A DNA stretch of 64,000 nucleotides, taken from a bacterium. GTDB taxonomy: Bacteria > UBA8248. Position 1 is the stretch's first letter. The number at the start of each line of letters is the position of its first letter. The translations under genes were made by a program, and so were the position numbers. Below, piece after piece: positions 9,406 through 19,108 of this stretch. Location: positions 1,248,001 through 1,312,000 of the forward strand of contig OY843592.1 of NCBI GenBank assembly GCA_963692865.2, read 5' to 3'. Under the pieces are notes generated by a model. The model did not search any database. It worked only from the letters and a program-made list of their open reading frames with translations, and was not told the origin of the DNA.

Positions 9406-10626
9406 TCACGCGGCGGCGCTTGTCCGCGCCCGCCTTTTCTGCTCGGCGTGAATGAGCCAGGCGATGCTCGTGGCGAGGAGGCAGAGCAGGGCGTAGAAGA
9501 GAAACGACTCCCTGAGTCCCACCGCCTGGGCGATGAGGCCGCCGAGGAAGGGCGACGTCACCGAAGCCGCCTCGTTCGCCGTGTACATTAGTCCGACCGC
9601 GCTCGTGCGGTTCTTCTCGCGAACCACGCCGGTGGTGAGGGTGAGCATGAGGCTCTGGGAGGGATTCAAGCACGCGCCCAGAAGCGCGAGCAGGCCGAAG
9701 AAGACGACCACGGATTCGGCTTGCGACAGGAAAGCGAGGGAGAGCGCGCTCACCGCCATCATGAAGAGGATGACGCGCGTCTCGTTCTTGGGATCCGTGT
9801 ACTTGCCCCAAATCACGGCGAAGGCGGTGCCGACGAGGAAATAGCCCGTGATCGCCCAGCCCACCTCGATGGTGCCCAGCCCCAGCCCCTCGGCCAGCAG
9901 GAGCGGCAGGAAGGTCATGATGCCCCTCAAGCCCATCACCCGGCAGGAGGAGAGCAGCGTCATCAGGATCATGAACCTGTCGCCGAACAACTCGCTGAAT
10001 GTGGAGCGGGCCTCTTTCGCCATCGACTCGCGCCTGCCGGGCGCGTCCTGGAACCGCAGCCAGACGAGCAGGGCGCACGCGACGCCGGGCAGGACGAAAT
10101 ACTGCGCCGCGGCCCGCCAGCTCGCGAGATGGACCGTAAGCCAGCCCATGGCCACCGGCGTCAGGATGCTGCCGAAATCGCCCCCCGCCTTGAAGAGCCC
10201 CATGGCGAGGCCGCGGTTCCTGGGGCTTTCTGCGGCGATCATCGAGACCGCCGCGGGGTGGTAGGCCGAACAGCCCAGACCGCTCAGGAAGACGAAGGTG
10301 AGCAGGGCCGCATACGTGGTCGAGTAGCCGTAGAACCAGGCGGGCAGGGCGTTGAACAGGAGCGAGAGACCCAGAATCAGGCGGGTTTTTCCGGTGAAAT
10401 CGCCCAGAAAAGAGATGGGCAACTGAAACAGGCTGCTCGATAAGGCGTAGACCGACGCGATGAGGCCCGTCTGCGCGTAGTTCAGGCCGAAGTCCGCCAT
10501 GATGAGCGGGAGGATGGGCGTCAGTATCCGGTTGTAGAGCGAGTTCACCGAGTGGCTCGACGCGATGATGAGGATGTTGGTCTTGGCGCTCATGCGGATT
10601 CCAGGGTGGGGAAATGGTTGAACCAT
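9406..10626 (-). CDS. MFS transporter (Fsr-like); start may be 10593
   Basis: About 12 hydrophobic segments; SHSVNSLY, QLPISFLGD, GCSAYHP motifs. Confidence 0.88.
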   Translation of the reverse strand: MVQPFPHPGIRMSAKTNILIIASSHSVNSLYNRILTPILPLIMADFGLNYAQTGLIASVYALSSSLFQLPISFLGDFTGKTRLILGLSLLFNALPAWFYGYSTTYAALLTFVFLSGLGCSAYHPAAVSMIAAESPRNRGLAMGLFKAGGDFGSILTPVAMGWLTVHLASWRAAAQYFVLPGVACALLVWLRFQDAPGRRESMAKEARSTFSELFGDRFMILMTLLSSCRVMGLRGIMTFLPLLLAEGLGLGTIEVGWAITGYFLVGTAFAVIWGKYTDPKNETRVILFMMAVSALSLAFLSQAESVVVFFGLLALLGACLNPSQSLMLTLTTGVVREKNRTSAVGLMYTANEAASVTSPFLGGLIAQAVGLRESFLFYALLCLLATSIAWLIHAEQKRRARTSAAA

Positions 10627-10703
10627 GAAGCCGCGCCATTCATACCATCAAACGGCGCGCGCGGGGAAGGGGGGCGCCTCCCGCATCAATCGGGTTTTCA
10701 CCC

Positions 10704-10874
10704 GTAGGGGCCGCATATCATGCGGCCCGTTGCCGGAGGGGCGAAAAAAGCCGGGTCGCATGGTATGCGACCCCTACACCCACTCGACCCGCAGGTCGCC
10801 GTCATTCCGGCTTTCGCCGGAATGACGATCAAAAGCAAAAGGACGCCCCCCGACGAGGCTTTTTCAACAATCCC
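10704..10874. repeat. REP-like cluster including perfect palindrome gtcattccggctttcgccggaatgac (10801..10826)
   Basis: Same family at 3978, 45395, 48791, 48897, 50536, 57402, 61653, 61762. Confidence 0.85.
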
Positions 10875-10940
10875 GCGCGCGCTCACGGTTCGCCGGGGGT
10901 GTGGTATGCTGTGAACGAGCGCCCGAACGCATTCTCGCCG

Positions 10941-12584
10941 ATGAAATACGCGAAAGGGCAACAGCGCGTGAAATACGATTTCGATACGCTCCGGGGAGAC
11001 CTTTTCGGCGGCGTCACAGCCATGGTGGTGGCCCTGCCGCTGTCCCTGGCCTACGGCGTGGCCTCCGGCCTGGGCGCGGCGGCGGGGCTGTACGGCGCGA
11101 TAGCCGTGGGTTTTTTCGCGGCGGTCTTCGGCGGCACGCCGACCCAGATCTCCGGCCCCACGGCGCCGATGGCCATCGTCATGGCGATCATCATCTCCAC
11201 GTATGCGGGAAACCTCACCGAAGCCCTGACGGTGGTCGTGCTGGGCGGCCTTCTCCAGGCGCTTCTGGGCGTGTTGAAGCTCGGCCGCTTCGTGGCCTAC
11301 ACGCCCTACGTGGTGGTCTCGGGCTTCATGTCCGGCATCGGCGTCCTCGTCATGGCGATTCAGGTGCTGCCCTTTTTCGGCTCGGCGCCCGTGCCGGGCG
11401 GGGCCGTGGGGATGATTCTCGCGCTGCCCGAGGCGCTGAGACACGTCAACCCGAGCGCCTTGGGCGTAGGCGTCGTCACGCTCGGGGTGGCGGTCTTCTG
11501 GCCGCAGCGTTTCAGGAAAGTCCTGCCCACCCCCCTGGTGGGGTTGTTCGCCGGCGCGTTCGTCGGCGTCGTGTGGCTGAGCGACGCGCCCGTCATCGGG
11601 CGGGTGCCGACCGGCCTGCCGGGGCTCGAAGTGGGGCTGCCCTCCCTGGGCTTTCTGGCGCGCGCGGTGGAGCCCGCGCTCATCCTCGCCCTGATCGGCT
11701 CGGTGGTGAGCCTTCTCACCTGCCTGGTGGCCGACTCGATGACGCGCACGAGCCACGACCCGGACCGCGAACTCATCGGCCAGGGCGTGGGCAACGCGGC
11801 CGCGGGCCTCATCGGCGGCCTGCCCGGCGCCGGGACGCCCGTCTACACGGTGCCCAACATCCGCTCAGGCGGTAAGACCCGCGCGGCGGGCGCGATATTC
11901 GCTCTCCTCCTGCTGGCGCTCCTGCTGGGTCTCGGGCCGTACGTCGAGTCGATTCCGCTCGCCGCCCTCTCGGGCGTTCTGATCAAGGTCGGCTGGGACA
12001 TCATCGACTGGCGCCTACTCACCCGCCTGCACCGCATCAAGCGAGAACACCTCTTCGTCCTGCTGACGACGCTCGGCCTCACGGTGTTCGTCGACCTGAT
12101 AAGCGCCGTGGCCATCGGCCTCATCGTCGCGGGCCTGGCCCATGCGGGACAGCTCGAGAACATGGAACTCGACAGCGTGGTCTCCGTGCCCCTGCTGGAC
12201 CAGATGTTCCTCTACGAAGGAGAAGAAGTGGAAGGGGTCGACCCGTTCGAGGCGCGCGTCGGCATGGTGGCGCTCCGGGGGAGTTTCACCGTGGCGTCGT
12301 CCAAAAAGCTGGTGCGGACGATAAGCCTCGACATCAAGGATCACGAGGTCGTCATCTTCAATTTCACGGAGGCCACCTACATCGACGACAGCGCCGCCAT
12401 GGTCATCAAGCAGCTCATCGACGTCGCCACCGAGGAAGAGACCGAGTCCATCGTCATCGGGCTTTCGGGCGACGTGGCGGAGACGCTCGACGCGCTCGAC
12501 GTCCTGCGGGAGGTGCCGCCGGAGCGAATTCTCGAAAACCTGGACCAGGCGCGAGAGATCGCGAAACCTCTCGTCGGCGTTTGA
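10941..12584 (+). CDS. SulP/SLC26 family anion transporter (BicA-like) with STAS domain, copy 1; start uncertain (10941 or GTG 10968)
   Basis: GDLFGGVTAMVVALPLSLAYGVASG, GLYGA, QISGPT, ELIGQGVGN, STAS YIDDSAA. Confidence 0.92.
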   Translation: MKYAKGQQRVKYDFDTLRGDLFGGVTAMVVALPLSLAYGVASGLGAAAGLYGAIAVGFFAAVFGGTPTQISGPTAPMAIVMAIIISTYAGNLTEALTVVVLGGLLQALLGVLKLGRFVAYTPYVVVSGFMSGIGVLVMAIQVLPFFGSAPVPGGAVGMILALPEALRHVNPSALGVGVVTLGVAVFWPQRFRKVLPTPLVGLFAGAFVGVVWLSDAPVIGRVPTGLPGLEVGLPSLGFLARAVEPALILALIGSVVSLLTCLVADSMTRTSHDPDRELIGQGVGNAAAGLIGGLPGAGTPVYTVPNIRSGGKTRAAGAIFALLLLALLLGLGPYVESIPLAALSGVLIKVGWDIIDWRLLTRLHRIKREHLFVLLTTLGLTVFVDLISAVAIGLIVAGLAHAGQLENMELDSVVSVPLLDQMFLYEGEEVEGVDPFEARVGMVALRGSFTVASSKKLVRTISLDIKDHEVVIFNFTEATYIDDSAAMVIKQLIDVATEEETESIVIGLSGDVAETLDALDVLREVPPERILENLDQAREIAKPLVGV

Positions 12585-12624
12585 GGGGAAAGATGCGCCT
12601 GAAGGTGAAAAAAGGTTTCCTCCA

Positions 12625-14241
12625 TTGAACTACGATCTCCAGACGCTTCGCGGGGACGTCTTCGGCGGCCTCACATCGACGGTGGTGGCGCTGCCCTTCG
12701 CGCTCTCCTTCGGCGTGGCTTCCGGCATGGGCGCTGCGGCGGGCCTCTACGGGGCGATAGCGCTCGGTTTTTTCGCGGCGCTCTTCGGCGGCGCGCGAAA
12801 CGTCATCTCGGGTCCCGCCCCTTCGATGACCGTCGCCATGGCGGTCATCGTCACCACCCACGCGGCGAGCCTCACCGAAGCCCTGAGCGTGGTCGTTCTG
12901 GGCGGTCTGCTGCAAGTGCTTCTGGGCGCGCTGGGGGCGGGGCGCTTCGTGGTCTACACGCCCCATGTGGTCGTATCCGGCTTCATGTCCGGCATCGGCG
13001 TCATCATCATGGCGATTGAGGCCTTGCCCTTTCTCGGCGCGCCGCCCGCGCCGGGCGGCTTCATGGGCGCGGTTCGCGCGCTGCCCGGGGCGGTGGCGGG
13101 CGCCAACGCCGACGCCCTGGGCGTCGCCCTCGCCACGCTCGCCGCCTTCGCCTTCTGGCCCCGCCGCTTCGCGAGGTTTCTGCCTCCTCCCCTGGTGGCG
13201 CTCGTGGTCGGCTCGCTTCTGGGCGTCTTGTGGCTTCATGAGGCGCCAACCATCGGGCGGATGCCGGCCGGCCTGCCGGGACTCCAACTGGGGCTGCCCT
13301 CCGCCGACTTCCTGGTGGGGGCGCTGCAACCGGCCATCGTTCTCGCCCTGCTGGGTTCCATCGACAGCCTTCTCGCCGCCCTGGTGGCCGACTCGCTCAC
13401 CGGCTCGCGCCACAATCCGAACCGCGAACTGGTGGGGCAGGGGATCGGCAACGTGGCCGCGGGCCTCATCGGCGGACTGCCCGGCTCGGGGGCGACCGTG
13501 AGCACGGTGACGAACATCCGCGCGGGCGGGCGGACGCGGGTTTCGGGAATGTTGCGCGCCGGGCTTTTGCTGGCGCTCCTGCTGGGCCTCGGGCCGTACG
13601 TCGAATCGATTCCTCTCGCCGCTCTCGCGGGCGTTCTGATGAAAGTGGGCTGGGACATCATCGACTGGCGTCTGCTCGCGCGGTTGCGCCACATCCGGCG
13701 CGAGCACCTCTTCGTCATGCTGATGACGCTCGGCCTCACGGTGTTCGTCGATCTGCTGACCGCCGTGGCGATAGGGCTCATCGCCGCGGGGATGGCCCAC
13801 GCGCGGCATCTCGAACGCATCGAGGTCGACAGCGTGGTCTCCGTGCCGATGCTGGATCACGTTTTCCTTGCCGGACATCAAGACGCGGCCTCGGTGAACC
13901 CGTATGCGGCGCGCGTCGGCCTGGTGTCGCTCCGGGGGAGCTTCACCATCGCCTCATCCCATGAACTTGTCGCGGCCATCAGCGCGGACATCAAGGAGCA
14001 CGAGGTCGTCATCTTCGATTTCTCTCGCGCGATTTATCTCGACGACAGCGCGGCCATGCTCATCAGGCGGCTCATGGACGTCGCCGAGCAGGAGCGCACC
14101 GCGTTCCTCGTGATGGGCCTCGCGGGCGACGCCGCGGACACCCTTCGCGCGCTCGACGTTCTGAGGGGCGTGCCGGAGGAGCGAATCGTCGAGACCCTGG
14201 GGGAGGCGCGCGAAACCGCGAAGAACATCCTCGGCGTGTAG
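12625..14241 (+). CDS. SulP/SLC26 family anion transporter (BicA-like) with STAS domain, copy 2
   Basis: TTG start; collinear paralog of 10941..12584; GSIDSLL, ELVGQGIGN, GAT, YLDDSAA. Confidence 0.92.
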   Translation: MNYDLQTLRGDVFGGLTSTVVALPFALSFGVASGMGAAAGLYGAIALGFFAALFGGARNVISGPAPSMTVAMAVIVTTHAASLTEALSVVVLGGLLQVLLGALGAGRFVVYTPHVVVSGFMSGIGVIIMAIEALPFLGAPPAPGGFMGAVRALPGAVAGANADALGVALATLAAFAFWPRRFARFLPPPLVALVVGSLLGVLWLHEAPTIGRMPAGLPGLQLGLPSADFLVGALQPAIVLALLGSIDSLLAALVADSLTGSRHNPNRELVGQGIGNVAAGLIGGLPGSGATVSTVTNIRAGGRTRVSGMLRAGLLLALLLGLGPYVESIPLAALAGVLMKVGWDIIDWRLLARLRHIRREHLFVMLMTLGLTVFVDLLTAVAIGLIAAGMAHARHLERIEVDSVVSVPMLDHVFLAGHQDAASVNPYAARVGLVSLRGSFTIASSHELVAAISADIKEHEVVIFDFSRAIYLDDSAAMLIRRLMDVAEQERTAFLVMGLAGDAADTLRALDVLRGVPEERIVETLGEARETAKNILGV

Positions 14242-14464
14242 GGTTGTTGAAAAAGCCCGATGCGGCGCAATCCCCCTCCTCGTTCTGCGCGGCCCGCCGC
14301 TCCGCCTCACCCTGAGTAGCGGCGAAGCCGCGTATCGAAGGGCGAAATGCGCTCCCCATCCTTCGATACGGCGCTTACGCGCCTACTCAGGATGAGGATT
14401 TGGGGGCGCCGGGATGAGGGTGTCAAAGGCGTCCGCTCCCAAAACCGGTCTATTCAACAACCCC
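14241..14464. mobile_element. MITE-like element enclosing an inverted pair of CCTGAGTAG...TCGAAGG REPs
   Basis: gggttgttgaaaaa...attcaacaacccc followed by ttgatggtcgg (variant of the ttgagggtcgg target). Confidence 0.6.
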
Positions 14465-14538
14465 TTGATGGTCGGCTCCTCGTTACACGCACGGCGGTGC
14501 GCGATAGTCGGTCGGGGCGTTGTTCGTCTTTTGGATTT

Positions 14539-14892
14539 TCAGGCGGAGACAACGCCCTTCGGCGGATTCACAGGCTCGATGCCGGACAGGACGTCGGCGA
14601 GTTCGCGCTTGGCCGCCTCCAGGTCGTAGACCATCTGCATGCGCAGCCACAACTTCGCCGCCTCGTCGTCCTTGCCGCACAGCCGGGCGAAGCGGAGCGC
14701 CAGATTCGGCGTAACGCGCTCCGGGGACTTCTCACGCATGACGGCGTGGAGCCGCTGACGGGAGACGCCCATGCGTTTCGAGGCTCCGGTGACGCTCAGC
14801 CGGAGGCCTTCTTCGAGAATAATTCCCCAGGCCTCGCCCGGGTGGGAGGCCCGCATGCCGCGCGCGCCTGCGGGGAGTTCTTTCTTGCTCAT
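14539..14892 (-). CDS. higA: HigA-family antitoxin (HTH)
   Basis: HPGE motif, LSVTGASKRMGVSRQRLH HTH, VTPNLALRFARL, LWLRMQMVYDL. Confidence 0.88.
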   Translation of the reverse strand: MSKKELPAGARGMRASHPGEAWGIILEEGLRLSVTGASKRMGVSRQRLHAVMREKSPERVTPNLALRFARLCGKDDEAAKLWLRMQMVYDLEAAKRELADVLSGIEPVNPPKGVVSA

Positions 14893-14936
14893 CAGTGGTA
14901 GTCCTCCAGGTCGACGCGGAGAGCCGCGCCATCGCT
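14892..14936 (-). pseudogene. C-terminal remnant of a HigB-type toxin
   Basis: Reads SDGAALRVDLEDYH-stop; stop overlaps higA ATG (TGATG); VDLEDYH is the typical HigB/killer-protein ending; upstream part replaced by AT-rich DNA. Confidence 0.8.
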
Positions 14937-14962
14937 ACTTTGCCATCCGTCGCTTCCCCGCC

Positions 14963-15496
14963 TCAGTTTACGAGTTCTCTATATTGTACCGATGAGCCAC
15001 ACTTGATCATCTTGAAGAGATGATTAGATCTTTGGTTATTTACTGTAATAGATCTGCGTTTGTTTATACTCCTACCGATATGAAGCAAAACAAGATGCTG
15101 ATTGTTGATTGCAGGATTTAGAAAGTTTGGGTCATTGAAAAACCGGTTGCCTATCGAGGCGCAGTAATCCATTACGCATTGTGCTCCATGAAGTTGCCGC
15201 TCGACTACCGTTCTTTGAATTTTGCCTGATTTGAGTTCGATGAATACGATTGCATCGTCATTCACAATCGCAAAATCGGCCCGTCTCGCTATGCCGTTCC
15301 TGCCGTTTAGGAAGTGAGTTTTCTCCTTGAACCTATCTATCTTTACGAGGAGGCTATCCGCTGGCAATCCTTTCAATTCGATTTCATAAGGGTTCGATGG
15401 ATCGTTTTCTTTCAGAATCGCCACGCCCTGTCCAGAGACTTTGGTGATGGATGATTGATTAAGTATCCTGCGCAGATTATCGATACAGGATGGCAC
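14963..15496 (-). CDS. Small PD-(D/E)XK-like protein, partner of upstream ATPase
   Basis: AT-rich; GTG directly after ATPase stop; RRADF...FIELKSG motif. Confidence 0.7.
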   Translation of the reverse strand: MPSCIDNLRRILNQSSITKVSGQGVAILKENDPSNPYEIELKGLPADSLLVKIDRFKEKTHFLNGRNGIARRADFAIVNDDAIVFIELKSGKIQRTVVERQLHGAQCVMDYCASIGNRFFNDPNFLNPAINNQHLVLLHIGRSINKRRSITVNNQRSNHLFKMIKCGSSVQYRELVN

Positions 15497-16900
15497 CTAG
15501 TCTTCCTCCCATAAGATGGCATCCTGAATCTCATTCATCTCGTTGATCGTTTCATCGAAACTCCGCGCCTCGATGCCCAATTCCGGGTCTATTTTCGCCT
15601 CCACCAGGGTTTGGCATCTCGTCCTTCGCTGGTTGCCGTCTAATTTAACGAGCGCTTCTTCCGCGATGTACACCTTGATTTTCTCGGCATTTATTAGCTC
15701 GGAAGTGTCGTACCCCTCTCGCTTGGCGATTTTTTTCAAGCGGGGCTTATTCCGGCTCAGCATGATCAGGGTGTTGAGTTCCTTAACGATGTAGTCGCTA
15801 TGCGTGGTGATGAATACCTTGACGCCGAGATTCACCAGCCGAGCGAAAAGCCGCGCGATGCGGCGCTGGTTCTCGGGATGAAGGTTTAATTCCGGCTCAT
15901 CCACGATCAGCAAATCACTTGGTTTTGCTTCATGTCTTAAATAAAAACCGATATCCAGCATGGAGCGAACCCCGCTGGAGCTTTCATCCATCCCCAGCTT
16001 GACGCGCTTATCCCTGGGGATGAAATACAGTTCGTCGTTGCGCGTCACCCTGTATTCGCCACCGATTATGTCGGCGAATTTCTTCAGTATTTCGGGATGC
16101 TTGGCGGCGAGAAAGCTCTTTTGCTTGGCGGCATCCTCTAGTTGACGTGTAAAATCAACGTTTTTTTCAACAGGTAATGGGTAGTCTTGGTATGACTTGT
16201 ACAGCAACTCCCGAGGGTCTATTTTTTCATCCGCTTGGCTCATTTCTTTTAATAGGCGATTGCGGGCAAAGTTCAACTCCTTCCGGAAAATCGCAGCGCC
16301 GGTGCGTTCCGCACTGGCAATGAAGGGAGTGGGAAAAGACGATCCGAAAATTATTTCATGGATAGCACCGGCAATCCTTCGCTCAATAAAGCGATAGGAA
16401 AAGTTCCTTCTTTGCTTGTCCACCAGCAAGGAAATCTCCAAATTTTCACTTTTCTTTTCCTTGGAAAGGGAAAGAGTCTGACGGCCTATGCCGATATTCC
16501 TCTCAAAAGACATTGGTTTTATGGAACTGGAAAAGGTGTCGTTTTCTAAGAACACACGAAACTGACAATCTTGAAATTTCTCCTCGGATGCCGCAAAAAC
16601 ATCATGTAAACTTCTGGAGTAACCACGACAGATACGATTTAGGATTTTTTGCGCGTTTTGGGCGTATTCTGCGAGATTGAGCCGAGACACACCGTTTTCC
16701 CCTAATTCATCGAATACTCTTTTGGGTAAATAACGGTGATCATCAGAGCGAAAACGCTTCCGCAATAAATCCAGGAAACCATACAGGGCATAGGTCGCAT
16801 AGGTTTTGCCGGTATTGTTTTCGCCGCAGATAATGCTGAAATCGCCCAGGCTGAATTCCGCCTGTTTCAGAACACCGAGATTTTGGACTTTAATTTTCAT
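15497..16900 (-). CDS. ABC/AAA_15-AAA_21-type ATPase
   Basis: Walker A GENNTGKT, AERTG, signature-like ESSSG, Walker B LIVDEPE-NLHP, ITTHS. Confidence 0.92.
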   Translation of the reverse strand: MKIKVQNLGVLKQAEFSLGDFSIICGENNTGKTYATYALYGFLDLLRKRFRSDDHRYLPKRVFDELGENGVSRLNLAEYAQNAQKILNRICRGYSRSLHDVFAASEEKFQDCQFRVFLENDTFSSSIKPMSFERNIGIGRQTLSLSKEKKSENLEISLLVDKQRRNFSYRFIERRIAGAIHEIIFGSSFPTPFIASAERTGAAIFRKELNFARNRLLKEMSQADEKIDPRELLYKSYQDYPLPVEKNVDFTRQLEDAAKQKSFLAAKHPEILKKFADIIGGEYRVTRNDELYFIPRDKRVKLGMDESSSGVRSMLDIGFYLRHEAKPSDLLIVDEPELNLHPENQRRIARLFARLVNLGVKVFITTHSDYIVKELNTLIMLSRNKPRLKKIAKREGYDTSELINAEKIKVYIAEEALVKLDGNQRRTRCQTLVEAKIDPELGIEARSFDETINEMNEIQDAILWEED

Positions 16901-17161
16901 ATCCCCACCTCCACGACCCTTACCGTATCGTTGTCGAAGGTGTTTCTATATTTCTTCGTGCGAGATATATCACCTCGCGTTTGCTTTTTATACGCATGAA
17001 CTGCTCCGCCGCACTATAAGTGGGCATAAGTCCGAAAAGCAAGATTGCCCCTGAAGCGTCTGTTGATGTTTAAGCCATGTGCGGCGCGCGCAGGTGAGGG
17101 GACAATTGGCGCATAGCCAAAGTGAACGAGTCATAATCGCTCGGCGCCCCTGCCCCACGAT

Positions 17162-17727
17162 TCAGGCAGGCGGGGTTTCGCCGCCAAAGCCCAGGGCGCG
17201 TTGCATGATCACGCACTCGAGCCATCGGCCGTGCTTGAAGCCGACCGACTGCATAGCGCCGACGAGGCGGAACCCAGCGCGTTCGTGGAGCCTGATCGAG
17301 GCCGCGTTCGCCGAGTCGCCGATGACCGCGACCATCTGGCGCACCCCCGCTTGGGCGCATGATTCGATCAGCTTATCGAGCAGCGCGGCGCCCAGACCCT
17401 GGCGCAAGAAGCCGCGCTCGACGTAGACCGAGTTTTCGACGGCGTGGCGGTAGGCCGGCCTGTGGTGGTAGGACGCCGCATAGGCGTAGCCACGGACGGC
17501 GCCCTCGACCTCCGCGACGAGCCAGGGGAGGCCTTTCGCTCTCACGGCCCGGAAGCGGCGGCGCATCTCCTCCAAATCGAGCAAACCCTCCTTCATCAGT
17601 CGGGTCTGACTTCCTCGAACGTAGCCTGCCCGTGCAGCACGTGGTGGGCGTATATCTCGCAAATGGCGGGCAGGTCGTCTTCGCGCGCGTCTCGCACGAG
17701 CGGCCCCGCTTTCGAATCGGCTTTCAT
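17162..17727 (-). pseudogene. Pat/YncA-like GNAT acetyltransferase split by a ~23-nt insertion into 17596..17727 and 17162..17596
   Basis: N-part ...EIYAHHVLHGQATFEEVRPD-stop; C-part LEEMRRRF...GYAYA...RPAYRHAVENSVYV...NAASIRLH...GFKHGRW. Confidence 0.85.
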
Positions 17728-18132
17728 CGGCGCTCCCCGCTCTCGTAAAATCACGGACCCGGCGCGCGGCGGATCAAGATGCCGGATTATATGCTCGGCA
17801 TTGCCCTTGTTGGCCATGAGAGCCGCACCCGGCCGGACGCGTATGCGGCGAGGCCCTCATCACAAGATTCTTGCCTGCTCGGTCGAGGCCGCCGGCGCAT
17901 TTGCCCGCATTTTCAGTCGCGGGACATGAATCGCAAGGGAGTAACCTGACGGGTTGGCGCGCCGCCAACTGCTTTTTCTCGGACAGGCGCAGTTCCTTCT
18001 GTCCGGTCGGCGAGACTCGTTCGTCGTTCGAGAGCGACATACGCCTTTTCCCGCATCTGCGCTCGCGCTGCTCAGGGCGCGAACGTGTATGGTGGCGAAG
18101 CGAGTCGCTGCGTCCGGAGCCGGGGGAATTTC

Positions 18133-18197
18133 TGAAAATATGTATAAAATTGTATAAATTCACGGGGTTTTTCGACAAATACCTGAGGATTTATTTT
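18133..18197 (+). repeat. AT-rich 65-bp element; inverted homolog at 29971..30035
   Basis: Gap-free manual alignment gives 51/65 identities with the reverse complement of 29971..30035. Confidence 0.7.
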
Positions 18198-18401
18198 CCT
18201 GGGGTGAGACGCCGCGGAATCCGGGCGCAGGGGAATTCTGCCACGACCCTTGGGTTTCTCGATGACGGCAAATGCGCGGAATTGCGGGGAGTTGCGAGGG
18301 TGAAATTCTCCCGGCGCGCTTTGCGCCGACGCGCGCGTTTTGCCAGAATGCGCACGGATGGAAGGGCCTGATTTAACCGGGGTTTCCTGGGAGAGACTTT
18401 C

Positions 18402-19097
18402 ATGGCGCGGCGCATGATTCTGGTGTTGACCCTGGGCGTTCTCGTCGGCCTCGCGGGCGCGCCCGTCTGGCGGTGGCTTGAGCGAAGTCTTTTCGAGAGC
18501 CTGCCCGTCTACTCGCAACTGCCTGATTTTGAACTGGTTGACGCATCGGGCCGGGCGTTCGCGCGAGATCGCCTGCGCGGGAAGGTCTGGGTGGCGGACT
18601 TCATCTACACGCGCTGTGAGGATACCTGTCCCCTCCAGACTTCCGAGATGCGGCGGCTTCAGGGGGCGTTCGCCTCGCACGAGGATTTCCGGCAGGTCTC
18701 CATCACCACCGATCCTGAGCATGACAAGGGGCCGCTCCTGGCGGATTATGCGCGAAAATTCGGCGCGGACAGGAAGAAGTGGTTCTTCCTCACGGGCAAG
18801 GAAAAGAATATCAAGGACTTGGCGCTCAAGGGCTTTCGCCTGAGCTATGCGACCAAACAAGCCGCCCTCTCCCCTGGCTCCATCGGTGAGCGGGTTTTCC
18901 GGCTTCTTCTGCCCAGCGCGCACGCGCATCATCCAGGACATCAGGAGGGGGGGAAGACGCCGGGAATCCTGATCTCCCACAGTTCGCGATTCGTGCTCAT
19001 CGACAGGAACTTCAACATCAGAGGCTATTACCACAGCGACGACGCGGAATCTCTCGAGAAGCTGAGGAAGGATTTACGGGTCTTGCTGGGTGGTTGA
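18402..19097 (+). CDS. SCO1/SenC family copper chaperone
   Basis: N-terminal anchor; FIYTRCEDTCP (CxxxC), TTDPEHD, SHSSRFVLID. Confidence 0.93.
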   Translation: MARRMILVLTLGVLVGLAGAPVWRWLERSLFESLPVYSQLPDFELVDASGRAFARDRLRGKVWVADFIYTRCEDTCPLQTSEMRRLQGAFASHEDFRQVSITTDPEHDKGPLLADYARKFGADRKKWFFLTGKEKNIKDLALKGFRLSYATKQAALSPGSIGERVFRLLLPSAHAHHPGHQEGGKTPGILISHSSRFVLIDRNFNIRGYYHSDDAESLEKLRKDLRVLLGG

Positions 19098-19108
19098 TTT
19101 TCGTCTGT

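Noticed and set aside
17596-17598. Selenocysteine read-through of the TGA in the GNAT gene
   Set aside because: A second TGA follows and the homologous continuation is in another frame
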